Source: an uncultured Candidatus Bathyarchaeia archaeon (GTDB lineage Archaea > Thermoproteota > Bathyarchaeia > 40CM-2-53-6). Taken from it: 64,000 bases of DNA. This document shows, piece by piece, positions 17,940 through 27,637 of the stretch (its first letter is position 1; each line of letters begins with the position of its first letter). Both the position numbers and the translations under genes were made by a program. The DNA lies in NCBI GenBank assembly GCA_964533505.1, contig CAZHKA010000042.1:26656-90655 (forward strand). The letters are read 5' to 3'. Under the pieces are notes generated by a model. The model was not told the DNA's origin. It did not search any database and saw nothing but the letters and a program-made list of their open reading frames with translations.

Positions 17940-20312
17940 TCAGAAGGCTTTGTGTTCCGTTCGTGCGATAATTTCATCCTGTAGAGTTTTGCCGAGGTCG
18001 CAGAAGTAGTCGCTGTACCCTGCCACTCGGACGATCAGGTCGCGATATTTCTCGGGGTTTGCCTGTGCTTCGCGGAGGGTTTCTGCCGTCACGACGTTCA
18101 TCTGGATGTGGTGGCCGTCGAGTTTGAAGTAGGACCGCACCAAGTGTGCTAGGTTGTCGATTCCTAATTCGCCTTCTAGGAGTGAGGGTGAAAATTTCTG
18201 GTTTAGCAGTGTTCCTCCTGACCTAACTTGGTCCATCTTGGCTACTGACTTGATTACGGCCGTAGGGCCGTGGGTGTCGGCTCCCTGAACCGGCGAGACT
18301 CCTTCGGAGACTGGTTCGTGTGCGTGTCTTCCATCAGGCGTTGCGCCTACTTTAGAGCCGAAGTAGACGTGGCATGTTGTGGAGAGGTAGTTCACCGCAT
18401 AGAAACCCCCTTTAGTGTTCTTTCTGCCGCTGATCACGTCATAAAGTGAATTGAATGTCGCTTTCAACAACTCATCCGCGTAGTCATCGTCGTTCCCATA
18501 CTTCGGTGTCTTGTTCCAAAGCATTTGGCGTATCAGTTCATGCCCTTCAAAATTCGTGTTCAGCGTCTCGAGCAGTTGCTCCATGCTCAGACGATTCTCT
18601 TCGAAGACGTGGCGTTTGATTGCGGCGAGGCTGTCGGTAAGCGTGCCGATGCCGACCGGCATTATGTAGGTTGTATTGTAGCGCGGACCTCCGTCGTTGT
18701 AGTCTCTGCCCTTCTTGATGCAATCGTCTATTAGGGTCGATAGAAATGGGGCGGGCATTTGTTCGGCAAATATCCTCTCAATAATGTTGCTGCCTCTAAC
18801 TTTGGTCTCAATGAAATATCTCAACTGCTTGTTGAATGCAGTGAAGAGTTCTTCGAAAGAAGTGAAACTTGTAGGGTCGCTCGTGGTAGCGCCAACTTTC
18901 TTTCCCGTGCTTGGGTCGACTCCGTTGTTTAGTGTAAATTCTAAGATCTTTGGGAGATTCAAGTAACCGGTGAGTATGTAGGCCTCCTTACCGAAGCACC
19001 CTGTTTCAATACAACCGCTTATGCCTCCCGAGCGTGCGTCTTCAACCGTCTTACCTTGCCGGACCAGTTCTTCGACGATCAGGTCGGCATTGAATATGGA
19101 CGGTTGTCCCCATCCCTTCCTGATGATTTCACATGCACGCTTTACGAACCGGTCGGGACTCTTCCTGCTGAGTTGGATGTTTGAGGAGGGTTGTATGAGC
19201 GTCATCTCATCTATAACGTCCAAGACCAAGTAGCTCAGTTCGTTGACACCATCTGAACCGTCCGGCCTGAGGCCTCCGACGTTGATGTTTGCGAAGTCCG
19301 TGTAGGTTGCGCTCTCCTCGGCGGTCACTCCGACCTTTGGCGGCGCGGGTTGATTGTTGAATTTAATCCAGAGACATTCTAAGAGTTCTTTTGCTTGATC
19401 TCTCGTTAGTGTCCCATCTCTTAGCCCGTTTCTATAGAACGGGAAAAGGTGCTGGTCCAAATGGCCCGGGCAGAAAGAGTCCCAGGTGTTAAGTTCGGTG
19501 ATTACACATAGGTGAACGAACCAATAGGCCTGCAGCGCCTCCCAGAAGTTACGTGGCGCATGTGCGGGTACGTTTGAGCAGACCTCGGCGATTTTCTCCA
19601 GCTCCTCTTTTCGTTGAGCGTCGGTTTCATGCTTAGCCATCTCTTGTGCTTTGTCTGCATGGCGCTCAGCAAATCGTATAACGGCGTCACAACAAATCGA
19701 CATAGCCTCTAGCTCTTTCTGTTTGCGGAAAGCGTCGGGGTCGTTGTAGAAATCGAGCTTCTCTTTAGCACTCTCAATGTCGGCTTTGAAATCTAAGAAG
19801 CCTTTACGGTATATCTTGTCATCCAAGACCGTGTGCCCAGGGGCTCGCTGCTCCATGAACTCGGTGTAGACACCCGCTTCGTACGCTGCTTTCCACTGTT
19901 CCGACATTTCGGAGAAGAGACGATCACGAATAGTTCGCCCTTGCCAAAATGGGATAATTCTGTCCTCATAGAGTCTGCGGGTTTGATCGTCAACCGTAAA
20001 GGAGATCTTCTTGCGGTCGTTGAGAATTTGAAGGTCCTTAAGGCTGTGACAGCACAGCTCTGGGTAAGTAGGGGTAGCCTTCGGACTAGGCCCCCTTTCC
20101 CCGACGATCAGTTCCCTGTCACCCAAGTAGATTTCTTTCTTCTCGAGCAAGTGCTTGAATGCAAGGGCTCTCTTGATCGGGCTAGCGGGTTCCGAGGATC
20201 TTTCATAGAACTCAGTCATCAGCTCCGCTCTTTCGGTTGAGATTCGAGGTTTCGTATCTAAGCTACGTTGCCTAAGTTTTCTCACTCTTTCATTCATTTG
20301 ACTATCCTCCAA
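17940..20312 (-). CDS. glycyl radical enzyme (PFL2 / dehydratase-lyase type)
   Basis: 790 aa. C-terminal RVAGYSDYF Gly-radical fingerprint. A single catalytic Cys sits in GISGCIETGCFGKE (Cys-x-Glu). An activase gene lies immediately upstream. Confidence 0.9.
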   Translation of the reverse strand: MEDSQMNERVRKLRQRSLDTKPRISTERAELMTEFYERSSEPASPIKRALAFKHLLEKKEIYLGDRELIVGERGPSPKATPTYPELCCHSLKDLQILNDRKKISFTVDDQTRRLYEDRIIPFWQGRTIRDRLFSEMSEQWKAAYEAGVYTEFMEQRAPGHTVLDDKIYRKGFLDFKADIESAKEKLDFYNDPDAFRKQKELEAMSICCDAVIRFAERHADKAQEMAKHETDAQRKEELEKIAEVCSNVPAHAPRNFWEALQAYWFVHLCVITELNTWDSFCPGHLDQHLFPFYRNGLRDGTLTRDQAKELLECLWIKFNNQPAPPKVGVTAEESATYTDFANINVGGLRPDGSDGVNELSYLVLDVIDEMTLIQPSSNIQLSRKSPDRFVKRACEIIRKGWGQPSIFNADLIVEELVRQGKTVEDARSGGISGCIETGCFGKEAYILTGYLNLPKILEFTLNNGVDPSTGKKVGATTSDPTSFTSFEELFTAFNKQLRYFIETKVRGSNIIERIFAEQMPAPFLSTLIDDCIKKGRDYNDGGPRYNTTYIMPVGIGTLTDSLAAIKRHVFEENRLSMEQLLETLNTNFEGHELIRQMLWNKTPKYGNDDDYADELLKATFNSLYDVISGRKNTKGGFYAVNYLSTTCHVYFGSKVGATPDGRHAHEPVSEGVSPVQGADTHGPTAVIKSVAKMDQVRSGGTLLNQKFSPSLLEGELGIDNLAHLVRSYFKLDGHHIQMNVVTAETLREAQANPEKYRDLIVRVAGYSDYFCDLGKTLQDEIIARTEHKAF

Positions 20313-21264
20313 CTTTAACCATTAATCCAAAACCTTCCAATTTCTCCACTATCCTATCTACGCTCGAGGAAGAAGGTGGTTTGACTTCCGGCATTTGGTT
20401 TACCATTCCGAGCCGCTTGTACTTTTCGATTCCAAGGTCATGGTAGGGAAGAACATCAATCTCCTTCACCTTTCCTAACGAAGACACGAATTCGCCCAGT
20501 CGTGAAAGATTCGAGTCATCGTCATTCACGCCGGGGATGAGAGGGAAGCGAACGATGACGTGGTCGTGAACCTTCGCGAGCTGTTGTAAGTTCCTCAAAA
20601 TCACGGCATTTGTTGATCCCGTGAACTTACGATGGATATCACCATCGATGACTTTCAGATCATACAAGAACAATCCTACATATGGGGCGAAATTCAGTAA
20701 GGTCTCGGAGCCTACGAGACCGCAAGTCTCCACGGCCGTATGTATGCGCTTTTCATTGCAGCTTTGCAGCAGACCTAGTAGAAAGAGGGATTGCGCGAAG
20801 GGTTCGCCGCCTGAAAAAGTCACTCCTCCGTCAGATTCATCGTAGAAAACCGTGTCTTTCTCTATCTCCGCCATGACTTCGGAGACTCTAACACTCTTCC
20901 CAGCCATTTCTCTGGCCTTCGCTTGGCATGCCCGGACACACATGCCCGAAAGCTTGCACGAGGTTCTGAGCATACTTGGGATCGAATCTACGATCTTGAT
21001 TGCGTGATTCGGGCAAGCCTCAACACAGCTGAAACAACGAATGCATCTCTCTTCTGTGTAAACAACTTGGGCTTCTGCGAACTGTCCTTCCGGATTGTGG
21101 CACCACCAACAGTGAAGAGGACAACCTTTGAAGAAGACGGCGGTCCGGATGCCTGGGCCGTCGTGAGTAGAGAATTTTACTATATCAAAAATAGTTCCAG
21201 CAGCCTCTTCGATTCGGTTTTCGTGAATCAGATGACCGCTTAGGCTCGACGGCTGCTCTAACAA
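20302..21264 (-). CDS. glycyl-radical enzyme activating protein (radical SAM)
   Basis: CPLHCWWC (CxxxCxxC) cluster, GPGIRT, plus ferredoxin-like CIRCFSCVEACP and CKLSGMCVRAC inserts. Overlaps the GRE start by 11 nt. TTG start. Confidence 0.9.
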   Translation of the reverse strand: MLEQPSSLSGHLIHENRIEEAAGTIFDIVKFSTHDGPGIRTAVFFKGCPLHCWWCHNPEGQFAEAQVVYTEERCIRCFSCVEACPNHAIKIVDSIPSMLRTSCKLSGMCVRACQAKAREMAGKSVRVSEVMAEIEKDTVFYDESDGGVTFSGGEPFAQSLFLLGLLQSCNEKRIHTAVETCGLVGSETLLNFAPYVGLFLYDLKVIDGDIHRKFTGSTNAVILRNLQQLAKVHDHVIVRFPLIPGVNDDDSNLSRLGEFVSSLGKVKEIDVLPYHDLGIEKYKRLGMVNQMPEVKPPSSSSVDRIVEKLEGFGLMVKVGG

Positions 21265-21549
21265 CTACTAGTTCGCAAGTGCCTACGTAGTTGAACTGTG
21301 CTATATCTCCTTTCAACGATTTTCATTTTCCGACCACACGTGTTTGTCGTGAGTTAATGGAGGGTCAAAGGTTTGGTCAGAGCAACTCATGTCGTGCTGT
21401 TATGTCGCGTTAGATCAGAGCCGCCAGCGACGTTCGACAATATTATGTGAGCGGGTCAAATATTCTTGGAATGCATTGACGTGGGGGAACCGAAAGCTGA
21501 AACGATCCGGCAGTCCATACCATGATTTGAGTTATCTTCGAAGTAGGTT

Positions 21550-21580
21550 AAACATGTTAATAACTTGCGGCCAAATGTTT
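21550..21580. promoter_or_regulatory. inverted repeat AAACAT-N19-ATGTTT upstream of nikR
   Basis: Half sites at 21550-21555 and 21575-21580. An AT-rich TATA-like tract follows at 21582-21593. The nikR ATG is at 21613. Confidence 0.25.
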
Positions 21581-21612
21581 GTATTATTTATTAACCACAA
21601 AGGTCCGTCGAA

Positions 21613-21999
21613 ATGACGATAGTCAGCCTATCTTTTCCCGAGTCCATGATACGTGAAATGGATCAAATTCAAAAGTCTGGTGGCTTTGCAGGTAGGTCCG
21701 AACTAGTTAGGGCTGCGGTCAGACTGCTGATTGAGGATTCGAAAGAAAAAGATACGTTGTCCGGCCATATGAATGCGATTGTGCTCGTTACGCACGATGA
21801 GTCTGACGAAGCGCCTGTAACCAGGCTCAAACATGAGTTTGAGGACATCGTCAGAACACATATTCACAACAAGATTAGCAAGAACAACTGTGTCGAACTA
21901 TTTCTTTTGGAAGGTGAAGGAAAGACAATCGGCACGATGGTACGAGAATTTCAGAAAGAGGACAAACTGAAAAGCGTTAAGCTAGTTATCATCGACTAG
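21613..21999 (+). CDS. nikR: nickel-responsive regulator NikR (RHH + ACT-like domain)
   Basis: N-terminal ribbon-helix-helix (IVSLSFPESMIREMDQI...GFAGRSELVRAAVRLL). C-terminal domain has the His/Cys pattern (VLVTHDE...THIHNK...NCVE). Confidence 0.75.
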   Translation: MTIVSLSFPESMIREMDQIQKSGGFAGRSELVRAAVRLLIEDSKEKDTLSGHMNAIVLVTHDESDEAPVTRLKHEFEDIVRTHIHNKISKNNCVELFLLEGEGKTIGTMVREFQKEDKLKSVKLVIID

Positions 22000-22108
22000 G
22001 CTATTATGCGTGCGGATGAATGTTATGGAGATTGTGCGTCTTCTGCAATTGTGTTTACATCAGAGTAACCCCATTTTGCTCTTACAGAAAACTCGTAGGT
22101 AAACCAAA

Positions 22109-23086
22109 TTGTCTAACTCGATTTCCGGGATTCATCACATCACCGCGATTGCGGGCGAGCCCCAAGAGAACATCGATTTCTACACGTCGATTCTTGGCCT
22201 TAGGCTCGTGAAAGTGACCGTGAACTTCGATGATCCAAGCAGTTACCATCTATACTACGGAGACACGGTCGGAACACCCGGGACCGTAATGACGTTCTTC
22301 TCCTGGCCGGGAGCGCCTAAAGGGTGGAGGGGAACAGGGCAGGCTACGGCCGTGTCATTCTCCGTCGCATCCGACTCTCTGCGCTACTGGGCGGAGCGCT
22401 TGGGCAGTCATGGAGTAAAGCCTGGAAATGTGTCTGAACGTTTTGGCGACAAATTAATCACGTTTCATGATCCCGATGGTTTGCTCCTTGAGCTGGTTGC
22501 GGATCCTGACGATGAACGGGAAGCTTGGAGCAACGGCCCCGTGCCTACGGAATTCGCCATCAGAGGCTTCCAAGGAGTGACACTCTCAGAAGCGAGATAC
22601 GAGCAAACCGCTTCACTTCTAAGAGATACGATGGGTTTCCGCGTGGTAGACCAAGAGAATAACCGTTACCGATTTCGCGCCGCGGAAGGCCAACCCGCCT
22701 CATTCGTTGAAGTACTGTCCTTGCCGGAAGTTGGGATGGGACAGGTGAGTGTGGGTACGGTCCACCATGTGGCGTGGAGAACACCCGACGATGAGCAGCA
22801 GAAGAGATGGCGGGAAGAATTAGCAAACGATGGACTGAACGTCACTCCGGTAATAGACCGTTGCTATTTTCACTCCATTTACTTTCGTGAACCCGGGAAA
22901 GTGTTATTCGAGATCGCAACCGAGCCTCCAGGTTTCACGATTGACGAAACCCGTGAAAGCCTCGGCAGCGCACTGAAGCTTCCGCCGTGGCTCGAACCCA
23001 TGCGCGCCCGTATCGAGAGCGAACTGCCACCGGTTGAGCTTCCCAGTCCCCGAACCGGTTCGGCGGCTCACGTGCCCACTAACTAA
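22109..23086 (+). CDS. VOC-family ring-cleaving dioxygenase/glyoxalase-like protein
   Basis: Two VOC modules: GIHHITAIAG..ENIDFYTSILGLRLVK...YHLYYGD and VHHVAWRTPDDE...SIYFREPG.VLFEIAT. Confidence 0.7.
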   Translation: MSNSISGIHHITAIAGEPQENIDFYTSILGLRLVKVTVNFDDPSSYHLYYGDTVGTPGTVMTFFSWPGAPKGWRGTGQATAVSFSVASDSLRYWAERLGSHGVKPGNVSERFGDKLITFHDPDGLLLELVADPDDEREAWSNGPVPTEFAIRGFQGVTLSEARYEQTASLLRDTMGFRVVDQENNRYRFRAAEGQPASFVEVLSLPEVGMGQVSVGTVHHVAWRTPDDEQQKRWREELANDGLNVTPVIDRCYFHSIYFREPGKVLFEIATEPPGFTIDETRESLGSALKLPPWLEPMRARIESELPPVELPSPRTGSAAHVPTN

Positions 23087-23112
23087 GCGCGCAATCGATC
23101 CTGAGTGTTAGC

Positions 23113-24630
23113 CTAGTCTAGTCGGAGGTCTCGCCTGGGAGACCCGACCATCTTCTTCGGATCTACAAGCCTGTCGAAATCTTCTGGGCTCACACCCTCC
23201 TTCAACGCGGCGTGACGCAGCGTGGTATTCTCCGTGAGCGCCCGGTGGGCGATCCTAGCTGCTTTGTCGTAACCTATTGCGGGATTGATTGCCGTGACGA
23301 GCATTAACGACTCGCTCACATACTTGTCGGTCCGGCTTCGGTCTAGCTCGATGCCTTCAATTCCGTATTTGCGGAACTTAGTACATGCATCACCGAGCAC
23401 ACGGGCGGAATGCAGAACGTTCTTGATGATTACAGGGCACATGGTGTTAAGCTCAAAGTTTCCCTGCGAGCCCGCTAATGCGACGGAGGTGTCTTCTCCG
23501 ATCACTTGAATGCACACCATTATCATAGCTTCCTCCTGCGTCGGATTGACCTTGCCGGGCATGATCGAACTCCCCGGCTCGTTACTGGGAAGAATTAATT
23601 CGTGTATTCCCGCCCTCGGCCCCGACCCTAGCCACCGCAAGTCATTTGCAATCTTCAACAACGCGACGGCTAAGGAACGTAAAGCCGCGCTGGCGCCAAC
23701 CATCGCGCCCTGCCCTCCCATCGCAGCAAATTTGTTTGAAGCAGCAACAAACGGATGACCGGTTAGCTTAGCAATCTGAGCCGCCGCCCTTTCCCCAAAA
23801 TCAGGAGGCGCATTAACACCGGTTCCTACTGCTGTCCCTCCGATAGCTAATTTATACAGACCCTGAAGGGCTTCCCGCAACAATTCCAGCGCGTCCCCGA
23901 GTTGGGTTGCGTACCCCGACCATTCCTGACCAACGGTCAGCGGCGTCGCGTCCTGCAGATGCGTGCGCCCAATCTTGACCACGTCAACCCATTGCTGCGC
24001 TTTCGACCACATAACGTCCCTAAGCTCCGTAACCGCTGGGATAAGTCGACCACTGACCTCCAAGACGGTCGCGACATGCATTGCGGAGGGAAAGGTGTCG
24101 TTTGTCGATTGACTCATATTGACATCGTCATTCGGATGTATTGGTCGTTTGCTCCCCAGCTTCCCACCTACGAGTTGAATTGCCCGGTTGCTGATCACCT
24201 CGTTCAGATTCATATTGGATTGAGTACCCGAACCGGTCTGCCAAACAAAGAGTGGAAACTCAGCGTCCAGTTTGCCTGCGATGACCTCGTCCGCGACTCT
24301 AGCTATCAATTCCGCTTTCCATCGAGGCAGCAATCCTTCAGTAGCGTTCACCAGAGCCGCTGCTTTCTTCACGTAGCCATAGGCGCGATAGAGCTCCTTG
24401 GGCATTTGGTCTCCGCCGATGGAGAAGTGAATTAGAGAACGTTCCGTCTGTGCACCCCAATAATGGTCGGCGGGAACATCAATCTCCCCTAAGGAGTCGC
24501 TTTCAATCCGTCTACCAGTTGCTCCTGTTCCCACCGGTAGGTCTAGAACCGTCGGACCCGATTCCTCGCTTGATTTCTTCGCTTCGGCTTTGACCGAGAT
24601 CGTTCCTCTCCTCCTATCGCTCGTATGCAC
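23113..24630 (-). CDS. fumC: class II fumarate hydratase
   Basis: GSSIMPGKVNPTQEEA signature, SDSLGEIDVPADHYWGAQTERS, TGSGTQSNMNLNEV. It has an N-terminal extension of about 40 aa and a GTG start. Confidence 0.85.
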   Translation of the reverse strand: MHTSDRRRGTISVKAEAKKSSEESGPTVLDLPVGTGATGRRIESDSLGEIDVPADHYWGAQTERSLIHFSIGGDQMPKELYRAYGYVKKAAALVNATEGLLPRWKAELIARVADEVIAGKLDAEFPLFVWQTGSGTQSNMNLNEVISNRAIQLVGGKLGSKRPIHPNDDVNMSQSTNDTFPSAMHVATVLEVSGRLIPAVTELRDVMWSKAQQWVDVVKIGRTHLQDATPLTVGQEWSGYATQLGDALELLREALQGLYKLAIGGTAVGTGVNAPPDFGERAAAQIAKLTGHPFVAASNKFAAMGGQGAMVGASAALRSLAVALLKIANDLRWLGSGPRAGIHELILPSNEPGSSIMPGKVNPTQEEAMIMVCIQVIGEDTSVALAGSQGNFELNTMCPVIIKNVLHSARVLGDACTKFRKYGIEGIELDRSRTDKYVSESLMLVTAINPAIGYDKAARIAHRALTENTTLRHAALKEGVSPEDFDRLVDPKKMVGSPRRDLRLD

Positions 24631-24725
24631 CTTATTCGTGCCTGCAGAACGCGCCTGTTAGTCGTAGTAAATATTTAACCACATTCTCATCGCCCGAACG
24701 AACGTTGTTCGTTCGTCTGATCCTG

Positions 24726-25910
24726 CTAGGCGCAGAATCTTCGGGCGACGTTGCAATATGTCTCTGCCGCCCGTAGCACCTCTTCCAGATTTACATATTC
24801 ATCCGGGGAATGGGCTTGGCGGATATCACCGGGCCCGAAGAGGCATGTTGGGATTGATCCCGAGAGCGCTAAGAGAGCGCCGTCGGTCCAGTATGGTGCG
24901 CCCGTCACTTCGGCATTAGTTCCGCCAGCGTCAATGATCGCTCGCTGCAACTCCTGAACGACTGGCTCAGTTGTGGCTGTTTCAAGCGGAGGTCTCTCGA
25001 AGACCTTGCGTGCTGAAGCGGTGAAGTTCTCATTTTGTTCCTTGAGAGCATCAAGGACTTGCTGAATCTCATTCAAGACGGAGGCGTCCGTTTCTCCAGG
25101 AATCGTTCGACGTTCAAGCGTTAGTATGCAGTGGTCCGGGACAATGCTCCAGTGGGTTCCGCCTTCTATGGTCGAAGTGTGGATCTTCGGCGGCCCGAGG
25201 AGCGGATGTTGCTTGCTGTTGAGCCGCTCTTGCAATTTCGGGAGTTGAGCAACGAAGGTGGTTGCTTGGACGATGGCGTCGACCCCTTTCTCGGGGACGG
25301 ACCCATGGGCTGATTTTCCCTTGAAGTCAATTTCAATCCAGATGAAACCCTTGTGCGTAGTCGCTAGTCTCATGGCGGTTGGTTCCCCTACAATGCACGC
25401 GTCGGCCTTGTAGTCTTCAACAAGTTTCTGGGTACCTAGGCTCAGATGTTCCTCGTCGACCACAAAAGTGAACATCACATCTCCACGCAACCTTACCTTT
25501 ACGAGGGATTTCGCTGCCCCAATCATTGCCGCGATGGCCCCTTTCATGTCGCACGCGCCCCTGCCGTGGAGAAGCCCATCCTTTACGAACGGCTTGAACG
25601 GATCGATGGTCATTCCTTCGACACCCACCGTGTCCATGTGGCCGTTCAGCATCAGGCTTCTTCCTCCGCCTATTCCTTTTAGGATTGCAACTATGTTCCA
25701 CCTGTCGTCTATGACGTGTTGTTTTCGCACTTCAAGCAGAGAGATAGAAGCAAGTCGATCGTACAGTAAGTTCGATATGGCTAACTCGCCTCGTCCTTTG
25801 CCCACGGATGGGTTGACGCTGTCAGTAGCCACTAGTTCATTCAAGACCTCGCGAACATACGAGTGGTCAATGGAGGGTTTGCTCATAGGCGCCGAGCGTG
25901 AAAGCATCAT
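24726..25910 (-). CDS. M20 family metallopeptidase (ArgE/DapE-like deacylase)
   Basis: LMLNGHMDTV, GRGACDMKG, VVDEE and SAHGS motifs of the M20 family. Confidence 0.8.
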   Translation of the reverse strand: MMLSRSAPMSKPSIDHSYVREVLNELVATDSVNPSVGKGRGELAISNLLYDRLASISLLEVRKQHVIDDRWNIVAILKGIGGGRSLMLNGHMDTVGVEGMTIDPFKPFVKDGLLHGRGACDMKGAIAAMIGAAKSLVKVRLRGDVMFTFVVDEEHLSLGTQKLVEDYKADACIVGEPTAMRLATTHKGFIWIEIDFKGKSAHGSVPEKGVDAIVQATTFVAQLPKLQERLNSKQHPLLGPPKIHTSTIEGGTHWSIVPDHCILTLERRTIPGETDASVLNEIQQVLDALKEQNENFTASARKVFERPPLETATTEPVVQELQRAIIDAGGTNAEVTGAPYWTDGALLALSGSIPTCLFGPGDIRQAHSPDEYVNLEEVLRAAETYCNVARRFCA

Positions 25911-25944
25911 TATGGGGCTTAAGAGCGTTTAGCGTTTTGTTCGA

Positions 25945-26700
25945 TCAGTCGTTCAGTTTTCGGAATATCGCCTCAGGGTCCCGATGGGATGCTTCATACA
26001 GACCTTGGGCTTGACCTATGCGAATCTCCTCTTTGTCTTCCTCAATCCCTTTCGCAATTGCTTCGGCGACTTCTCGTGGGCTGATCCCTCGATATGCTTG
26101 TTCCTCCGGACCGGCAAAGGTGGCGTCAAGCTCAGTGTCGGTTGTCGGTGGAACCGCTTCAAAAACGCGAACTGACGTACCCCGTAGTTGATGGCGTAGG
26201 GAGAGGGTGAAGGAGTGAATTGCAGCCTTGGTTGCACAGTAGATTGGCATCGTCGCGATTGGCACGAACGCCAACCCAGACGAAACATTCACAATCGCTG
26301 CCGTCCGCATTTTCAAGAGCTTGGGAGTAAACAGAGCACAAAGGCGAATCTGTGAGCCCAAGTTGATCGTGACTTCGTCATCTTTCGCAAGGGTAGGACG
26401 TTGGATGGTGCGGGAAGTGAAGTCTACTTTCCGCTGAATTCCGGCGTTATTGACCAGTACGTTAAGATCGGGAAAATGGGTCGTAGCCCAATGGAGCAAA
26501 TGCTTCGTTTCTGATTCAACGGCTACATCACATCGAGTAACATGAATCGGCGGCAGTTGACGCTTTGCTGTGTTGAGCTTACTTCGGCGTCGTCCGCATA
26601 CAATCACTTCGCTGCCCGCCTCAACAAATCTCTCCGCTAACGCATAGCCTATGCCCGTCGCGCCTCCCGTTATGAGAATCGTATTGCCCCCGAGTTTCAA
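25945..26700 (-). CDS. short-chain dehydrogenase/reductase
   Basis: ILITGGATGIGYALA (TGxxxGxG), NNAG, YCATKAA catalytic motif. TTG start. Confidence 0.85.
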   Translation of the reverse strand: MKLGGNTILITGGATGIGYALAERFVEAGSEVIVCGRRRSKLNTAKRQLPPIHVTRCDVAVESETKHLLHWATTHFPDLNVLVNNAGIQRKVDFTSRTIQRPTLAKDDEVTINLGSQIRLCALFTPKLLKMRTAAIVNVSSGLAFVPIATMPIYCATKAAIHSFTLSLRHQLRGTSVRVFEAVPPTTDTELDATFAGPEEQAYRGISPREVAEAIAKGIEEDKEEIRIGQAQGLYEASHRDPEAIFRKLND

Positions 26701-26950
26701 CTCGATTTCCCAGCCGCCATTTTAGCTAACTTCTCCAACATTACTACTCGGACGTTTCGGATACATGGATAAGATGGCCACTGCCAACGACCCTTCCGCC
26801 AACTAATCATACGCAACTATTCATGATAACTGTAGCACTCAGTGCCAGAGAAATCAGGGGTCAGGCTTTCGCATCGGAGGTACGGCGACTTCTAGTGTGG
26901 AATAGTTGCCTAATGGAACGGCGAAAAAGGCAGAATCACGTTGCTCGACA

Positions 26951-27637
26951 CTATTTCTTGAGCAGCCCATCTTGGAATTTGATGCTGGCGTGGCTGCCGT
27001 TGCAGAAAGGCATGTTGTTCGAGGCGCCGCAGCGGCAAAGCGTTACGCGGTTTCGTACCTCATAGGGTTTGCCGTCCTCAGATTCAATTGTTATCCCCCC
27101 GCGGACCCACAACGGCCCGCTACAGCCGACCTCCGGATCCTCAATCACACCAATCGAGGGTGGGAGTTTGTGTTCAATCATTTTCCCCGTCTCCTTGTCG
27201 TTCACGACCAATCGGCCTGCGGGGCAGTGATTTGCCTCACGTATGACTAACTTCCGAGCCTCCGGGTTGTTGGTCTGCTCAATCAAACTCCAAATCTTCC
27301 CGGCAGGGTCGCAGAATCGGGCGAAGGCACATAGATTCTCGGCATCGCTCAAAGTCATTGTGGGCCCGTCAAATGTTTCCGCTTGCCTTGCAAAGGGTGT
27401 GCGCGTCGCGGTCTCCCTTCCGTCGAACCTCATCTTCGTATGACTACCATCACAGAAGGGTTTAGTTTTCGAATGCCCGCAGCGACAAAGTTTGTACTCC
27501 GATTTTGTGTCGAAAGTTTTGCCCTGCTTCCAATCCCAGGAAAAGCCCTCACGATTGGCAGTGATTACCTGCACCGCAAGCCGAACGCCACCTGATACAA
27601 TGTAAGGTCCATCCTTAGACACGACGACCTTCTTCAA
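26951..27637 (-). CDS. CDGSH-type iron-sulfur protein with two CDGSH motifs
   Basis: CRCGHSKTKPFCDGSH and CRCGASNNMPFCNGSH, with additional Cys (CPAGR) between them. The start overlaps the DUF302 stop (ATGA). Confidence 0.8.
   Translation of the reverse strand: MKKVVVSKDGPYIVSGGVRLAVQVITANREGFSWDWKQGKTFDTKSEYKLCRCGHSKTKPFCDGSHTKMRFDGRETATRTPFARQAETFDGPTMTLSDAENLCAFARFCDPAGKIWSLIEQTNNPEARKLVIREANHCPAGRLVVNDKETGKMIEHKLPPSIGVIEDPEVGCSGPLWVRGGITIESEDGKPYEVRNRVTLCRCGASNNMPFCNGSHASIKFQDGLLKK

Noticed and set aside
22020-22211. 63-aa ORF preceding and overlapping the VOC dioxygenase start.
   Set aside because: It has no motifs and overlaps the conserved HHITAIAG N-terminus of the dioxygenase in another frame.
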